Program-made: the position numbers and the translations under genes | Part shown: positions 1 through 9,097 of the stretch, piece after piece | How positions within the stretch are numbered: position 1 is the stretch's first letter | Layout: each line of letters starts with the position of its first letter | Virus record (IMG/VR): IMGVR_UViG_3300029286_000014 | Source: an uncultured virus (IMG/VR IMGVR_UViG_3300029286_000014) | Taxonomy: Duplodnaviria > Heunggongvirae > Uroviricota > Caudoviricetes | Strand: one strand, 5' to 3' | Length of the DNA stretch: 64,000 nt | The notes under the pieces: model-generated | The model's input: the letters and a program-made list of their open reading frames with translations, nothing else | Databases searched by the model: none | What the model was told of the DNA's origin: nothing

Positions 1-15
1 TAAAGGAGAAATCTT

Positions 16-267
16 ATGATCTCTAACCCTATATGTTCCCAATGTGGTTTTGCACATCCTCAGGTAAGATCTGGTGAAATATGTCCATTAGTTAAGGACA
101 AAACATCAGGTGGAAAAATGATAGATTTTGATCCATTCATACGCCAATTGAAAACCATAATGGCTAGTCAGATTAAAGAAACGGAAATTGAGGAATACGA
201 AAAGTTTTGTGGATTTGCTGTTGTAAAATTTGCTCAACTATTGCAGGAATATCAGAGAGGAAAATAA
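16..267 (+). CDS. hypothetical protein with N-terminal CxxC...H...C possible Zn-binding motif
   Basis: 83-aa ORF, AAGGAG RBS at 3-8, CSQCGFAH...IC. Confidence 0.6.
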   Translation: MISNPICSQCGFAHPQVRSGEICPLVKDKTSGGKMIDFDPFIRQLKTIMASQIKETEIEEYEKFCGFAVVKFAQLLQEYQRGK

Positions 268-272
268 AACAA

Positions 273-665
273 ATGTCGAAATTTTCTTCAATGCTTAAAA
301 AATTAAAGACATATGAAATTCCAATTCTCAGTACAGATGACGAAAATCAAACGGTTTATTCTGATGCTTTTATAGCAATGGTTGAAGAAGATGGTTCAAT
401 TGCAGTTTCATTTCACGTTGCAACACCTCCTGACGATGCGCTGATGTTAGGATTAATCCTAACAGAAGTTAAAGGATTCAGATGTAGCAATAAAATTGGA
501 ATTGTAGATAGTTATTTTGTTCTTAGTAATGGTGATCTTCTTTTTGGAAATGAAGCAAAATTAAAATATGATGAAACTAACAAAAAACGTATAATTGAAA
601 AATATAGAATGGAAAAAATGCAAGAAGATTTTTTAAGATATGATGAGAATTGTTTTAACTGTTGA
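273..665 (+). CDS. hypothetical protein
   Basis: ATG at 273 after GAGG, just downstream of the previous stop; ORF track start at 207 is probably too long. Confidence 0.55.
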   Translation: MSKFSSMLKKLKTYEIPILSTDDENQTVYSDAFIAMVEEDGSIAVSFHVATPPDDALMLGLILTEVKGFRCSNKIGIVDSYFVLSNGDLLFGNEAKLKYDETNKKRIIEKYRMEKMQEDFLRYDENCFNC

Positions 666-686
666 TAAACAGGAAAGGAGGAACAT

Positions 687-893
687 GTGAGTTTCGCAAG
701 TAGCTTATGGTCAGAAAAGTATATGCCCCTCAAATTGGAAGAAATGGTTCTTCCCGATAAATACAGAAAAGATTTTGAGAGGTCAATTGAAAATAAAGAA
801 ATCGAACATTGTCTCTTTCATGGTCCAGCTGGAAGTGGAAAATGTTTGGATGGGAATGAAGAAATAGAAGTGTGGATAGAAATAGATGATTGA
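687..893 (+). CDS. clamp loader (RFC small subunit/T4 gp44-like) N-terminal fragment fused to a 16-aa N-intein
   Basis: LWSEKYMP (RFC box II), HGPAGSGK Walker A cut off before TT, then CLDGNEEIEVWIEIDD-stop; AGGAGG RBS and GTG start. Confidence 0.9.
   Translation: MSFASSLWSEKYMPLKLEEMVLPDKYRKDFERSIENKEIEHCLFHGPAGSGKCLDGNEEIEVWIEIDD
843..890 (+). mobile_element. split intein, N-terminal part (16 aa)
   Basis: Intein block A-like CLDGNEEIEV begins immediately after Walker A GK. Confidence 0.85.
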
Positions 894-905
894 TGTTCAT
901 ATCTT

Positions 906-923
906 TTGAGAACAAATATAAAA
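906..923 (+). promoter_or_regulatory. putative late promoter motif GAACAAATATAAAA
   Basis: Intergenic; matches a motif recurring at 18237, 29084, 62724, 63116. Confidence 0.45.
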
Positions 924-942
924 ATATAAGGGTTCCCGGGAT

Positions 943-2250
943 ATGGAAAGAAAAATTATCTGCAAATTTTGTAATAATATAATAGGAACTAGAAAAATAT
1001 ATTGTTCATCTAATGGAAAAGATACATTATCCGTATGTGAAAAATGCAAAGGATTAAGATATCTATATTCAAAGAAAAATGATACACATAACATAACTGA
1101 TGTTAAATATTGGATGAAATACACAAATAATGACATTGAAATGGCAACACAAGCATACAAAAATTGCGGATATCTTTTAAGATATACATCAAAAAATAGT
1201 TCTATTTATTTGCCTAAAATATTTTCTAAATTAAATATTGATATATCTATATTTGAAAAATTCTTAAAAAGAATTTTTAATAATGAAATAAAATTTGATT
1301 TGATATTAAAAAATATACCATCAAATTCATATAAACGATGGAACCTTGCTTTAGGATTTGATATAGAAACCTCAAAGAAAATTTCTACCTATTTTACAAC
1401 ATCTCAAGAAGGATTCAGTTTACGGGGCGATAAAAATAAATATGAAGAATGGAAAAACAACGTTAAAGAATCCTTGGAAAATAAATCATCGAAGCCAAGT
1501 TCGTTTAGTAAAGAATATTGGATTAATAAAGGATCCTTAGAAGAAGAAGCAAAAAACATTGTTAAAACAAACAATATACGAAATTTAAATTATTTTGCGG
1601 CAAAGTATGGAATTGATGAAGGAACAAAAAAATATAAGTCAATGTGTGAAAAACGTAGCAAATCTTCTTCATTAAAAGGATATATTGAAAGATTCGGTAG
1701 AGAAGAGGGGGTTAAAGAATTTAAAAGAATTAATAAGAGTAGGGCTATAACTTTAGAAAAATATCTAATTAAGTATGGTGAAGAAGGAATTAAAAAATAT
1801 GAAGAATATATAACATCAAAAATATCTTCTAATAATATTATATCTAAAATATCAAACGAATTTCTGTTTGAAGTAGAGAATAAAACTAAAATGATAATAG
1901 ACAGAGAAACACCAATCGGTAAATATATTGCAGATGGAAAAAATAAAAACATTATTTTTGAATTTTTTGGAGACTATTGGCACAAAAATCCTTTTTCTGG
2001 GTATACTGATTTTGAAAAATGGAAGGATGATTCAGCTAAAATTAAATATTTTTTAAATGTTGGTTATCGTGTGATAATAGTTTGGGAGAGAAGTTTTAAG
2101 TTTATAAGAGAAAAAACTATTGATTTAATTTATAACTTTTTGGAAACCGAAGATACTTTTTTATGTATTAATTGTACAGAAAATAAAAATATTTTAATAG
2201 AATCTGTAAAAGAAATTTGTGAAAGGAGAAAAAATGCTAGTAAAGGTTAA
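943..2250 (+). CDS. free-standing homing endonuclease, Vsr-like/PD-(D/E)xK C-terminal nuclease domain
   Basis: N-terminal CxxC..CxxC; repeated KYGxxEG-type units; C-terminal ADG..IIFEFFGDYWH..D..K...GYRVIIVWE; lies between the two split-intein halves. Confidence 0.8.
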   Translation: MERKIICKFCNNIIGTRKIYCSSNGKDTLSVCEKCKGLRYLYSKKNDTHNITDVKYWMKYTNNDIEMATQAYKNCGYLLRYTSKNSSIYLPKIFSKLNIDISIFEKFLKRIFNNEIKFDLILKNIPSNSYKRWNLALGFDIETSKKISTYFTTSQEGFSLRGDKNKYEEWKNNVKESLENKSSKPSSFSKEYWINKGSLEEEAKNIVKTNNIRNLNYFAAKYGIDEGTKKYKSMCEKRSKSSSLKGYIERFGREEGVKEFKRINKSRAITLEKYLIKYGEEGIKKYEEYITSKISSNNIISKISNEFLFEVENKTKMIIDRETPIGKYIADGKNKNIIFEFFGDYWHKNPFSGYTDFEKWKDDSAKIKYFLNVGYRVIIVWERSFKFIREKTIDLIYNFLETEDTFLCINCTENKNILIESVKEICERRKNASKG

Positions 2251-2641
2251 AATAAAAATTAAAGATTTTTATGATACTTTCTCAACAGAAAGTAGAGACA
2301 ATGAAGTAGTAAATATAAAGAAACAGTGTTTTATAAAAAATGAAATGGGTGAATTATCTGAAATAATTGGTGTTATAAGAAAATCTAATAATGATATTTA
2401 TAAATATAAATTTACGAATAATAAGCATATAACATGCTCAGATGGTCATATTCTAAAAACTGAAGATAATTATAAAAAATTAAAAGATATAACTATGAAG
2501 GATAATATTGATGTTTTCAATGATGATCCAATAAAATTAATTTCTAAAAAATTTATAAAAAATTCAGATGTTTATGATATTGCTCTTAAAGAAGATTCAT
2601 CACATGCATATTTAACACCAAATGGATTAATAAATCATAAT
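2234..2641 (+). mobile_element. split intein, C-terminal part (136 aa, mini-intein, ends His-Asn; Thr+1)
   Basis: Block B TxxxH-like, block F VYD, block G HN followed by T. Confidence 0.88.
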
Positions 2642-3472
2642 ACAACAATTGCAAGAATACTTACATCCAAAAATGGTATTCTGGCAAATCCCAACGAAAA
2701 TCTTTTATTCATAAACGGTTCATCAAAATCAACTAGAGGAATTAAATTTGTCGATGAAGTGATCGAGCCATTTTTGAAAATTCCACCAGCGGGAAAAGAC
2801 AAACAGAAGGTTGTATTAATTGATGAAGCAGATGGTTTAACAAGTGATGCAATAGATTCTTTGAGAGGAGTAATAAATAAATTTTCTTCATATGGAAGAT
2901 TTATTTTTACATGTAATTATGTTTCAAAAATCTCAGATCCTTTGATGAGTAGATTTTCAGCTGCTACGTACGAATTTAAAACAGTTCCTGTTGAAAGGGT
3001 TATTGAACATTGTAAAAAGATTTTAGTAAAAGAAGAGATTACTTTTGATGAAAAAGATTTAGCACATGTTTGCAAAACATTGTATCCAGATACAAGAAAA
3101 ATAATTGGTGTATTACAGAAGCACTCAAAAACAGGACAACTTGAAATTGATAGAAATTCAGTTCTAAATAATGAGAAGTTTATAATCTCATCAGTTGTCG
3201 ACATGATTACTTCATTGAATAATAAACAACAGAAAGCTGGTAGCATTTTAGGTGGTATTGTAAAAGCTTTAGAAGATCAAGATGTGGATTATAGAAATAT
3301 TTATTCTGAACTTTTTTTTAGAAAAGAGATTCCAGTAAATTGTAAGGTTATAATTAATCGATATGCAAATACACATAGTGATTGCTTCATTCCCCATATG
3401 CATTTTATGGGTATGTGTTTTGATATTGGAAAAACAATACAAGATTATATTAAGTTAACAGAAGGTAAATAA
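2234..3472 (+). CDS. C-intein (136 aa) fused to clamp loader (RFC/gp44-like) C-terminal part
   Basis: AAGGAG RBS and ATG 2234; ITCSDGH (block B), VYDI..NGLINHN|T splice junction; then TTIARIL, LIDEADGL (Walker B), LRGVIN, FIFTCN, PLMSRF, DTRK. Confidence 0.9.
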   Translation: MLVKVKIKIKDFYDTFSTESRDNEVVNIKKQCFIKNEMGELSEIIGVIRKSNNDIYKYKFTNNKHITCSDGHILKTEDNYKKLKDITMKDNIDVFNDDPIKLISKKFIKNSDVYDIALKEDSSHAYLTPNGLINHNTTIARILTSKNGILANPNENLLFINGSSKSTRGIKFVDEVIEPFLKIPPAGKDKQKVVLIDEADGLTSDAIDSLRGVINKFSSYGRFIFTCNYVSKISDPLMSRFSAATYEFKTVPVERVIEHCKKILVKEEITFDEKDLAHVCKTLYPDTRKIIGVLQKHSKTGQLEIDRNSVLNNEKFIISSVVDMITSLNNKQQKAGSILGGIVKALEDQDVDYRNIYSELFFRKEIPVNCKVIINRYANTHSDCFIPHMHFMGMCFDIGKTIQDYIKLTEGK

Positions 3473-3473
3473 A

Positions 3474-4460
3474 ATGGTAGGAATCTATGAAGATAAGTTT
3501 GTGGATTTCTTAAAGGAAAGTCTCGGCGAACCAGTTAAACTAACTTCAAAAAATTTAATCGTTCGGTGCCCGTGGTGCGAGGATGAAGATAAAAAAGGAC
3601 ATTATCATTTACATATTTCATTAGAAGCACCAATATTTCATTGCTTTCATGCAGATTGCCCAAAAGAAAAAGGAATCATTCCAGCACTTGTTAAAAAGAT
3701 AACTGGTAACGACATATCAGAAAAATTCTTTGATAAACAGAAACTCAAAATTAAAGATAAACCTTTTGAAGATGAAAATATTTTTAAAAGTGAAAATGTT
3801 TTGGTAACACCAGAAATAAAAGAAGATAGATTTAGGTGGAAATCTCTTTATATGAAAAAAAGATTTGGATTTTCAGATCGACCTTTTGATAAACTAAAAG
3901 GATTAATTTTTGATGTTGAACAGTTTGTAAGAATGAATAGGATACAATTAGATTCAACAGGATTAAAAATGTTACCATTTTTGCAGGAGAATTTTATTGG
4001 AATTCTTACAGATCATGAAAGCCAAATTGTTTTTAGAAATATAGATGAGTCATCACAATTTAGATACTACAAATACAGATTGAAACAAACTGGAAAATTT
4101 AGTGATTATTACAGTATTTTGGGAGACTGTTATGATAGCAAAATTATTGTTTTGGCTGAGGGAATATTTGATATTCTTTTGGAGAATTTAAATAATACAA
4201 TTGGAATAAAAAATAAAGCCAAACTTTATGCTGCTGGGCTATCAACTGCATATTTATCTTTGATAAAAAGCATTGTCTTTTATGAAGAAATATTTAGACC
4301 CGAAATTCATATACTTTCAGACAACGGAATAAAAATTGACAATTATAAACAAATGAAAAACTACAATAAGCATATAATAGATAAAATTGTTATCTACTAT
4401 AATAAGACGGGAAAAGATTTTGCTTCATTCCCAGTTGTTCCAGAAAAAATTATAATTTGA
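3474..4460 (+). CDS. DNA primase (T4 gp61/DnaG-like, Zn finger + TOPRIM)
   Basis: RCPWCED...HCFHADC Zn finger; LAEGIFD and ILSDN TOPRIM motifs; KDF near C-terminus. Confidence 0.75.
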   Translation: MVGIYEDKFVDFLKESLGEPVKLTSKNLIVRCPWCEDEDKKGHYHLHISLEAPIFHCFHADCPKEKGIIPALVKKITGNDISEKFFDKQKLKIKDKPFEDENIFKSENVLVTPEIKEDRFRWKSLYMKKRFGFSDRPFDKLKGLIFDVEQFVRMNRIQLDSTGLKMLPFLQENFIGILTDHESQIVFRNIDESSQFRYYKYRLKQTGKFSDYYSILGDCYDSKIIVLAEGIFDILLENLNNTIGIKNKAKLYAAGLSTAYLSLIKSIVFYEEIFRPEIHILSDNGIKIDNYKQMKNYNKHIIDKIVIYYNKTGKDFASFPVVPEKIII

Positions 4461-4478
4461 TGTAAGGAATGTTATCTC

Positions 4479-4913
4479 ATGATTAATAAAAAAAAAGTTG
4501 AAAACGAAGCAAAGGTTGAACAGAAAAAGAAATTATTAGCATTAAAAGAAAAAGCTTTATCTGGTGAAATGTCAAAATTAGTTTTTCCAATTCCCGAAGT
4601 TGATTACTATAGTATTTTTTGTAAGGCAATAGCGGAAAATAAAATGGATAAACTTTTTAATTGTAATGTTTGTGTTTTCTATCAAGAATATGATGGAGAA
4701 GATTCGGTTATTTTTGTTTTCGGGATTCCTTCATATGATAAAGAAGCAGTAGATTCAAAAGAAAGTAAAAGTTTATCTCAAAGAGTTATGGAAATTCTGA
4801 AGTTAGCTGAAGAAGTTTTTATAACAATTGATTTTATGGAATTAAAAGATGTTAAAGAAGACAAATTTTCATATTTTACATTAATTAAAAAACTTAAAAA
4901 TAAAAAGGAGTAA
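4479..4913 (+). CDS. hypothetical protein
   Basis: 144-aa ORF with AAGGA RBS in the replication operon. Confidence 0.6.
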   Translation: MINKKKVENEAKVEQKKKLLALKEKALSGEMSKLVFPIPEVDYYSIFCKAIAENKMDKLFNCNVCVFYQEYDGEDSVIFVFGIPSYDKEAVDSKESKSLSQRVMEILKLAEEVFITIDFMELKDVKEDKFSYFTLIKKLKNKKE

Positions 4914-4916
4914 ATC

Positions 4917-5645
4917 ATGCAAATAATTTTAGATTCTGGAAAGTTTAGTGATATGATAAGGATTATGTCAATGTTCGATGGTCTTTGTAACGATGTAACA
5001 GTAAATGAAGGTATTATAAGACAAAGGTCTAATGATAAAATTTCTGTATTTGATGTTGATATGAGACCAATTCTTGAAGACATGACTTTTACACTTTCAC
5101 AATTCAAACAAAAATTAGAATTGTTGAAAACATTCATTGGTCAAGAAGTTACAATTGAAACAAATGATGAAGACTTTACGTTTGCAGATCAACATTCGAG
5201 TTTTAAAATTAAATACCCAAAATCTGATTTTGTAGACAACAAATTTATTACAGAAAAAGATTTAGAAAGTGTTGTTGATACAAGTAAAGAAAATTTTATT
5301 CTTGAAACATCAATAAGTAAAATAATTTCAGAAAGAATAAGAACTTATGCAAAAACATTTAATATGTGGGATCTTGTTCTTATATTTGAAGGGGAGACAG
5401 CAAAAATTTTGATTGAAACGGAAGCAAAGGATCAGTCTGCATTATTCTTAAATGGAATCCCCACAAATAAGAGTGTTGAATGCTACACAGATGTTTCAGT
5501 AATTCCATTTATCATTGATCACGATAGCGATATAAGTTTGAATGTTTTCGAAGGTGAAAATGAAAAAACCCTGAATCGTTTTGTAACAACATGTGCAGAT
5601 GTAGATATAAAAATATATTGCAGATCTCTTATTAAAGGAGAATAA
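4917..5645 (+). CDS. sliding clamp (PCNA/T4 gp45-like)
   Basis: 242 aa, acidic; N-terminal pattern MQIILDSGKFSDMIRIM..CNDVTVNEGIIRQRSNDKISVFDVD resembles PCNA; adjacent to clamp loader and primase. Confidence 0.7.
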   Translation: MQIILDSGKFSDMIRIMSMFDGLCNDVTVNEGIIRQRSNDKISVFDVDMRPILEDMTFTLSQFKQKLELLKTFIGQEVTIETNDEDFTFADQHSSFKIKYPKSDFVDNKFITEKDLESVVDTSKENFILETSISKIISERIRTYAKTFNMWDLVLIFEGETAKILIETEAKDQSALFLNGIPTNKSVECYTDVSVIPFIIDHDSDISLNVFEGENEKTLNRFVTTCADVDIKIYCRSLIKGE

Positions 5646-5646
5646 T

Positions 5647-5680
5647 ATGCCAAATAAAAAACATTTGCTTGAAGATTTAA
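5647..5680 (+). pseudogene. original 5' end (MPNKKHLLEDL) of the DUF3310-like gene, separated from its body by the IS insertion
   Basis: AAGGAG RBS then ATG 5647; joining 5680 to 6901 recreates an in-frame ATG and a continuous ORF. Confidence 0.75.
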
Positions 5681-6900
5681 CCTCAAAAAGAAATCCCCTG
5701 CCTTTAGGCGGGGGTCTAGCATAGGAGATATATGATTTGTTATAAATACAGACTGCATCCAAATAAACAGCAAATAGCTTTATTGTGGAAACATGCCAAT
5801 AAGTGTAACTGGCTATATAATTATTTCCTGAATCAAAGGATAGAATGCTACAAAAGCGCAGGAAGAGGTATATCTAAAAACGAACAACAGAAGGAATTGG
5901 TGAAATTCAAAGAAATAGATACAGTTGTAAAAGAAATACATTCACAAGTTTTACAACAGATTACTTTGAGGTTAGATACTACATATCAAGCTTTTTTCAA
6001 GAATTATAAAGAAGGACACGGTTTTCCGAAGTTTAGAAGTTGTAAAAAATTCTTTGGGATAAGATACCCACAATCAGGTTTTTCAATACAAGATGATGTT
6101 TTCTGTACGAAAGTTTATGGAGGTATTAAGTTTTCTAAACATCGACTTTATAACGGAAATGTCAAACAAGTTTATATTAATGAGGAAAAGGGCAAGTGGT
6201 TTATTTCTATAACTACTGATTATGAAAGAGAGAAGACAGATTCTAAAAAAAAGGAAGCAATAGATGTAGGAATAACCAATCTTTTAGCCACATCTAAAGG
6301 GTTAATAATAAAGAACAAAACCCATGCTAAATATTTTGATAAAGAAATAAATAATCTTAAATCAAGGAGGGATACACAATGTAAAAAATATTCAAGAGAA
6401 TGGAGGAATCTTTCAGAGATAATTAAAAGATTGTATGGTGTAAAAAATCGAAAAGTAAACGATTATTTACATAAGGTTAGTAAAAACCTATCCCTAAAAT
6501 ATGATACCATCTTTTGTGAAGATTTATCTTTGAAAAAAATGTCTGAATCAAATAAAAAGGGATTGAATAGAGAGTTAAGAAACTCTCAGTTAGCAAAGTT
6601 TATTTCTTATCTTGAATACAAAACCAATATAGTAAGAGTAAATCCAAGAAACACATCCAAAACCTGCAATAGTTGTGGTTCTATACACGATATGCCTTTG
6701 TGGAATAGGATTTATAATTGTGAATGTGGTTATGTAGAAGATAGAGATGTAAACGCTGCTAAAAACATTTTTTGCTTGGGACAAGCCATAATCTCAGGAT
6801 TATGTACTGAATCAGCAACGATTCAGGAAGCCTTACCCTATAAGGAGATGCTTTATGAATAATGTTATGAAGCCCTTCCCTTTAGGGGAGGGTAGTTCAC
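5681..6900 (+). mobile_element. IS200/IS605-family TnpB-only (IS1341-like) element, inserted 3' of TTTAA
   Basis: Left hairpin CCCCTGCC-TTTA-GGCGGGGG (5695-5714); right hairpin CCCTTCCC-TTTA-GGGGAGGG (6873-6892) ending ...TAGTTCAC; no target duplication; no tnpA. Confidence 0.85.
5732..6862 (+). CDS. tnpB: RNA-guided endonuclease TnpB
   Basis: YKYRLHP HTH, GFPKFRS, RuvC I IDVG, RuvC II CEDL, TSKTCNSCG..CECG Zn ribbon, RuvC III DRDVNAAKNI. Confidence 0.95.
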   Translation: MICYKYRLHPNKQQIALLWKHANKCNWLYNYFLNQRIECYKSAGRGISKNEQQKELVKFKEIDTVVKEIHSQVLQQITLRLDTTYQAFFKNYKEGHGFPKFRSCKKFFGIRYPQSGFSIQDDVFCTKVYGGIKFSKHRLYNGNVKQVYINEEKGKWFISITTDYEREKTDSKKKEAIDVGITNLLATSKGLIIKNKTHAKYFDKEINNLKSRRDTQCKKYSREWRNLSEIIKRLYGVKNRKVNDYLHKVSKNLSLKYDTIFCEDLSLKKMSESNKKGLNRELRNSQLAKFISYLEYKTNIVRVNPRNTSKTCNSCGSIHDMPLWNRIYNCECGYVEDRDVNAAKNIFCLGQAIISGLCTESATIQEALPYKEMLYE

Positions 6901-7199
6901 TGCACTCAAAAAATAATAAATCAAGAGTAGAAGAATGGAAAGAGTTTTCAAAAAAAGTTGAAGACTATATAACAAGTGTTACAGTAGACAAATATGGAAC
7001 TTCTGGGAGTGATCTTGTTTCTATAACAGATAGTCCTAGAATATGGATTTGGAATATTTTGAGATATGCGTTAAGAGTTTGGAGAAGAAATGGAAAATTG
7101 AATGATATATTTAAAATAGTTCATTATGCCCAGATTGCATATACTCAAGCAAATGGAGACCTTTCAATATTAGGTATAACAAATGAAAAATCAACTTGA
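6855..7199 (+). CDS. DUF3310-like phage protein whose present N-terminus (MNNVMKPFPLGEGSS) is supplied by the IS right end
   Basis: WNILRYALR..GK..DIFKIVHYA pattern; AAGGAG 6842-6847 and ATG 6855 lie inside the IS. Confidence 0.6.
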   Translation: MNNVMKPFPLGEGSSLHSKNNKSRVEEWKEFSKKVEDYITSVTVDKYGTSGSDLVSITDSPRIWIWNILRYALRVWRRNGKLNDIFKIVHYAQIAYTQANGDLSILGITNEKST

Positions 7200-7210
7200 G
7201 GGAGGAACAA

Positions 7211-8347
7211 GTGACACCAGAATCTATTTTAAGTTATTACCCAAGTTATGCAATCTTAGATGAAATTTTAACAACAGGACAATATGTTCAGGTCAATATT
7301 TTCATTGACCTGAACAATACCCTTCAAACCTTATATTTACCTCATACAATTCTAGCCTTAACAGAAACAACAAAAAAAAGTAAATATATAGATACGTCAA
7401 TTTTTAATTCTGTTTTATCTTTTTTGGCATTTCATAAGAAATATTTTCAAAAAAGAGGAAATATAAATGTTAATTTTTATTTCTTTTTTGAAACAGGTGG
7501 ATCTTTTTATCATACAAATATTTCTAAGAAATATAAAATGTCTAGAAAAACTGACAATTTATATGGATTGGATAAGACAACAAGAGATTTATTTTTTTCT
7601 ATAAAGCAGAAGAATTTTTTATTGATTGAAAAAGTTTTAAATACAGCTCCTGGATGTAATTTATTTAAACTACAAAATTTTGAAGCAGATTTTGTTCCAT
7701 ATTATTTAGTAAAAAATAAGATGATAAAAAACGGAAATAATGTTGTTAATATTCTTTACTCAAACGATCACGATATGCTTCAATGTTTGAATTTGGATGA
7801 GAACTTTTTTATTTACTCAAAAACCAAGACAGGCAAAAAAGTAATAAGAAAGGGTAATGCATTTAGAGAATATTTTAAATGTGAAAAAACTTTTCCAGAT
7901 GAATATTTCACACTTGCATTATCAATTATTGGGGATGCCGGTGATGATGTAGATGGTGTTGAAGGAATTGGACAGAAGAGAATAGATCTTTGTTTAAGTA
8001 AAATTGTTAAAATGGTAGGAGGAATGGATAATCTAAGGAATAACGTAATCAACAATAAACCAATTTTTGTCACAACTGATAGAATGGGTAACAAATATAT
8101 AGAGAAGGTTGTTGAGTTTGAAAATAGATTTAAGACGATAAGCAATAATATGAAGTTGGTTGATTTTGACATAATTTCAAGATATTTTATTGATCCAGGC
8201 TCAACTGAAGTTGTTATTAAAAGAAATCTTCTACATGAGATATTAAATAAAAATAAGATTACACCAATTGAAGTGTTAAAACCAGCTTTAGAAATGAATG
8301 GTGTTTCCCTCAATGATGAACTGGAGGTAATATATAATCTTATTTAA
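7211..8347 (+). CDS. 5'-3' exonuclease / T4 RNase H-like (FEN/PIN fold)
   Basis: FIDLNN, FEADF, SNDHDMLQ, IIGDAGDDVDGVEGIG (H3TH); GGAGG RBS before GTG 7211. Confidence 0.85.
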   Translation: MTPESILSYYPSYAILDEILTTGQYVQVNIFIDLNNTLQTLYLPHTILALTETTKKSKYIDTSIFNSVLSFLAFHKKYFQKRGNINVNFYFFFETGGSFYHTNISKKYKMSRKTDNLYGLDKTTRDLFFSIKQKNFLLIEKVLNTAPGCNLFKLQNFEADFVPYYLVKNKMIKNGNNVVNILYSNDHDMLQCLNLDENFFIYSKTKTGKKVIRKGNAFREYFKCEKTFPDEYFTLALSIIGDAGDDVDGVEGIGQKRIDLCLSKIVKMVGGMDNLRNNVINNKPIFVTTDRMGNKYIEKVVEFENRFKTISNNMKLVDFDIISRYFIDPGSTEVVIKRNLLHEILNKNKITPIEVLKPALEMNGVSLNDELEVIYNLI

Positions 8348-8366
8348 ACGGAGATAAAATTATTAA

Positions 8367-9083
8367 ATGTTAAACCCAAATAGAGTTTTGACATATATAA
8401 AAGAAAATCTAGCCTTTCCCTTTCAGATGATTGAACTCACCGATGAAAATATCCTCAGCTACATCAATAATTATTCAAAAAAGACATTTTCACAATACTT
8501 CCCTTCGGTTGTGACTATTGGGTATGAGATATGGAATCCTTTAAATAAAGTTCCTGGGAAAGCAAATGAATTTTATTTGAATGATGAACTTGGATTAGAA
8601 GTATACACTATAAAGAATCTATATTTCAGCCAAACAAATTTATTAGTTCATGGGCACCCACCTCTGGGGCCACTTTCTTTAGGTGAACTAGGAAATTGGG
8701 CATTGAGTGTTGAAGTTGCTGGATGGGTTAAACAATTTTCTAATTGGGATTATACATTTGAATTCAGACCACCAAATACTTTTAGAATCTCACCAGTTCC
8801 TACAAGTGAAGACCATATTGCAATTGAATATGAAAGAGAACATGATAACACTTATGCAACAATACCAAACGAACTTCAAATGTATTTTCTTGATTTATGT
8901 TTAGCAGATACAATGATAAGAATTGGAAGATTAAGAAAGAAATATGCAGATGGTTTAAAAACACCATTTGGTGATATACCATTAAGTTCTGAGATTTTGG
9001 ATGAAGGTAAAGAATTAAGAAGAGAAACAATAGAAAAATTAACAAATGGTTCTCTTCCAAATATTGTTGTGGATTTTGGATAG
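8367..9083 (+). CDS. neck/head-tail adaptor protein, T4 gp13-like
   Basis: IELTDENI N-terminal motif; C-terminal IGRLRKKY..PFGDI...ILDEGKELRRE pattern typical of gp13. Confidence 0.65.
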   Translation: MLNPNRVLTYIKENLAFPFQMIELTDENILSYINNYSKKTFSQYFPSVVTIGYEIWNPLNKVPGKANEFYLNDELGLEVYTIKNLYFSQTNLLVHGHPPLGPLSLGELGNWALSVEVAGWVKQFSNWDYTFEFRPPNTFRISPVPTSEDHIAIEYEREHDNTYATIPNELQMYFLDLCLADTMIRIGRLRKKYADGLKTPFGDIPLSSEILDEGKELRRETIEKLTNGSLPNIVVDFG

Positions 9084-9097
9084 GAGTTTTTAAAATT

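Noticed and set aside
687..3472. Clamp loader as a pseudogene broken by an insertion
   Set aside because: Both halves have their own RBS/start, intact intein splice motifs and intact RFC motifs; a split intein explains the break
5681..6900. IStron (group I intron + TnpB) or Cas12f CRISPR effector
   Set aside because: Only ~50 nt precede tnpB, leaving no room for a ribozyme; no repeat-spacer array; IS605-type hairpins are present at both ends
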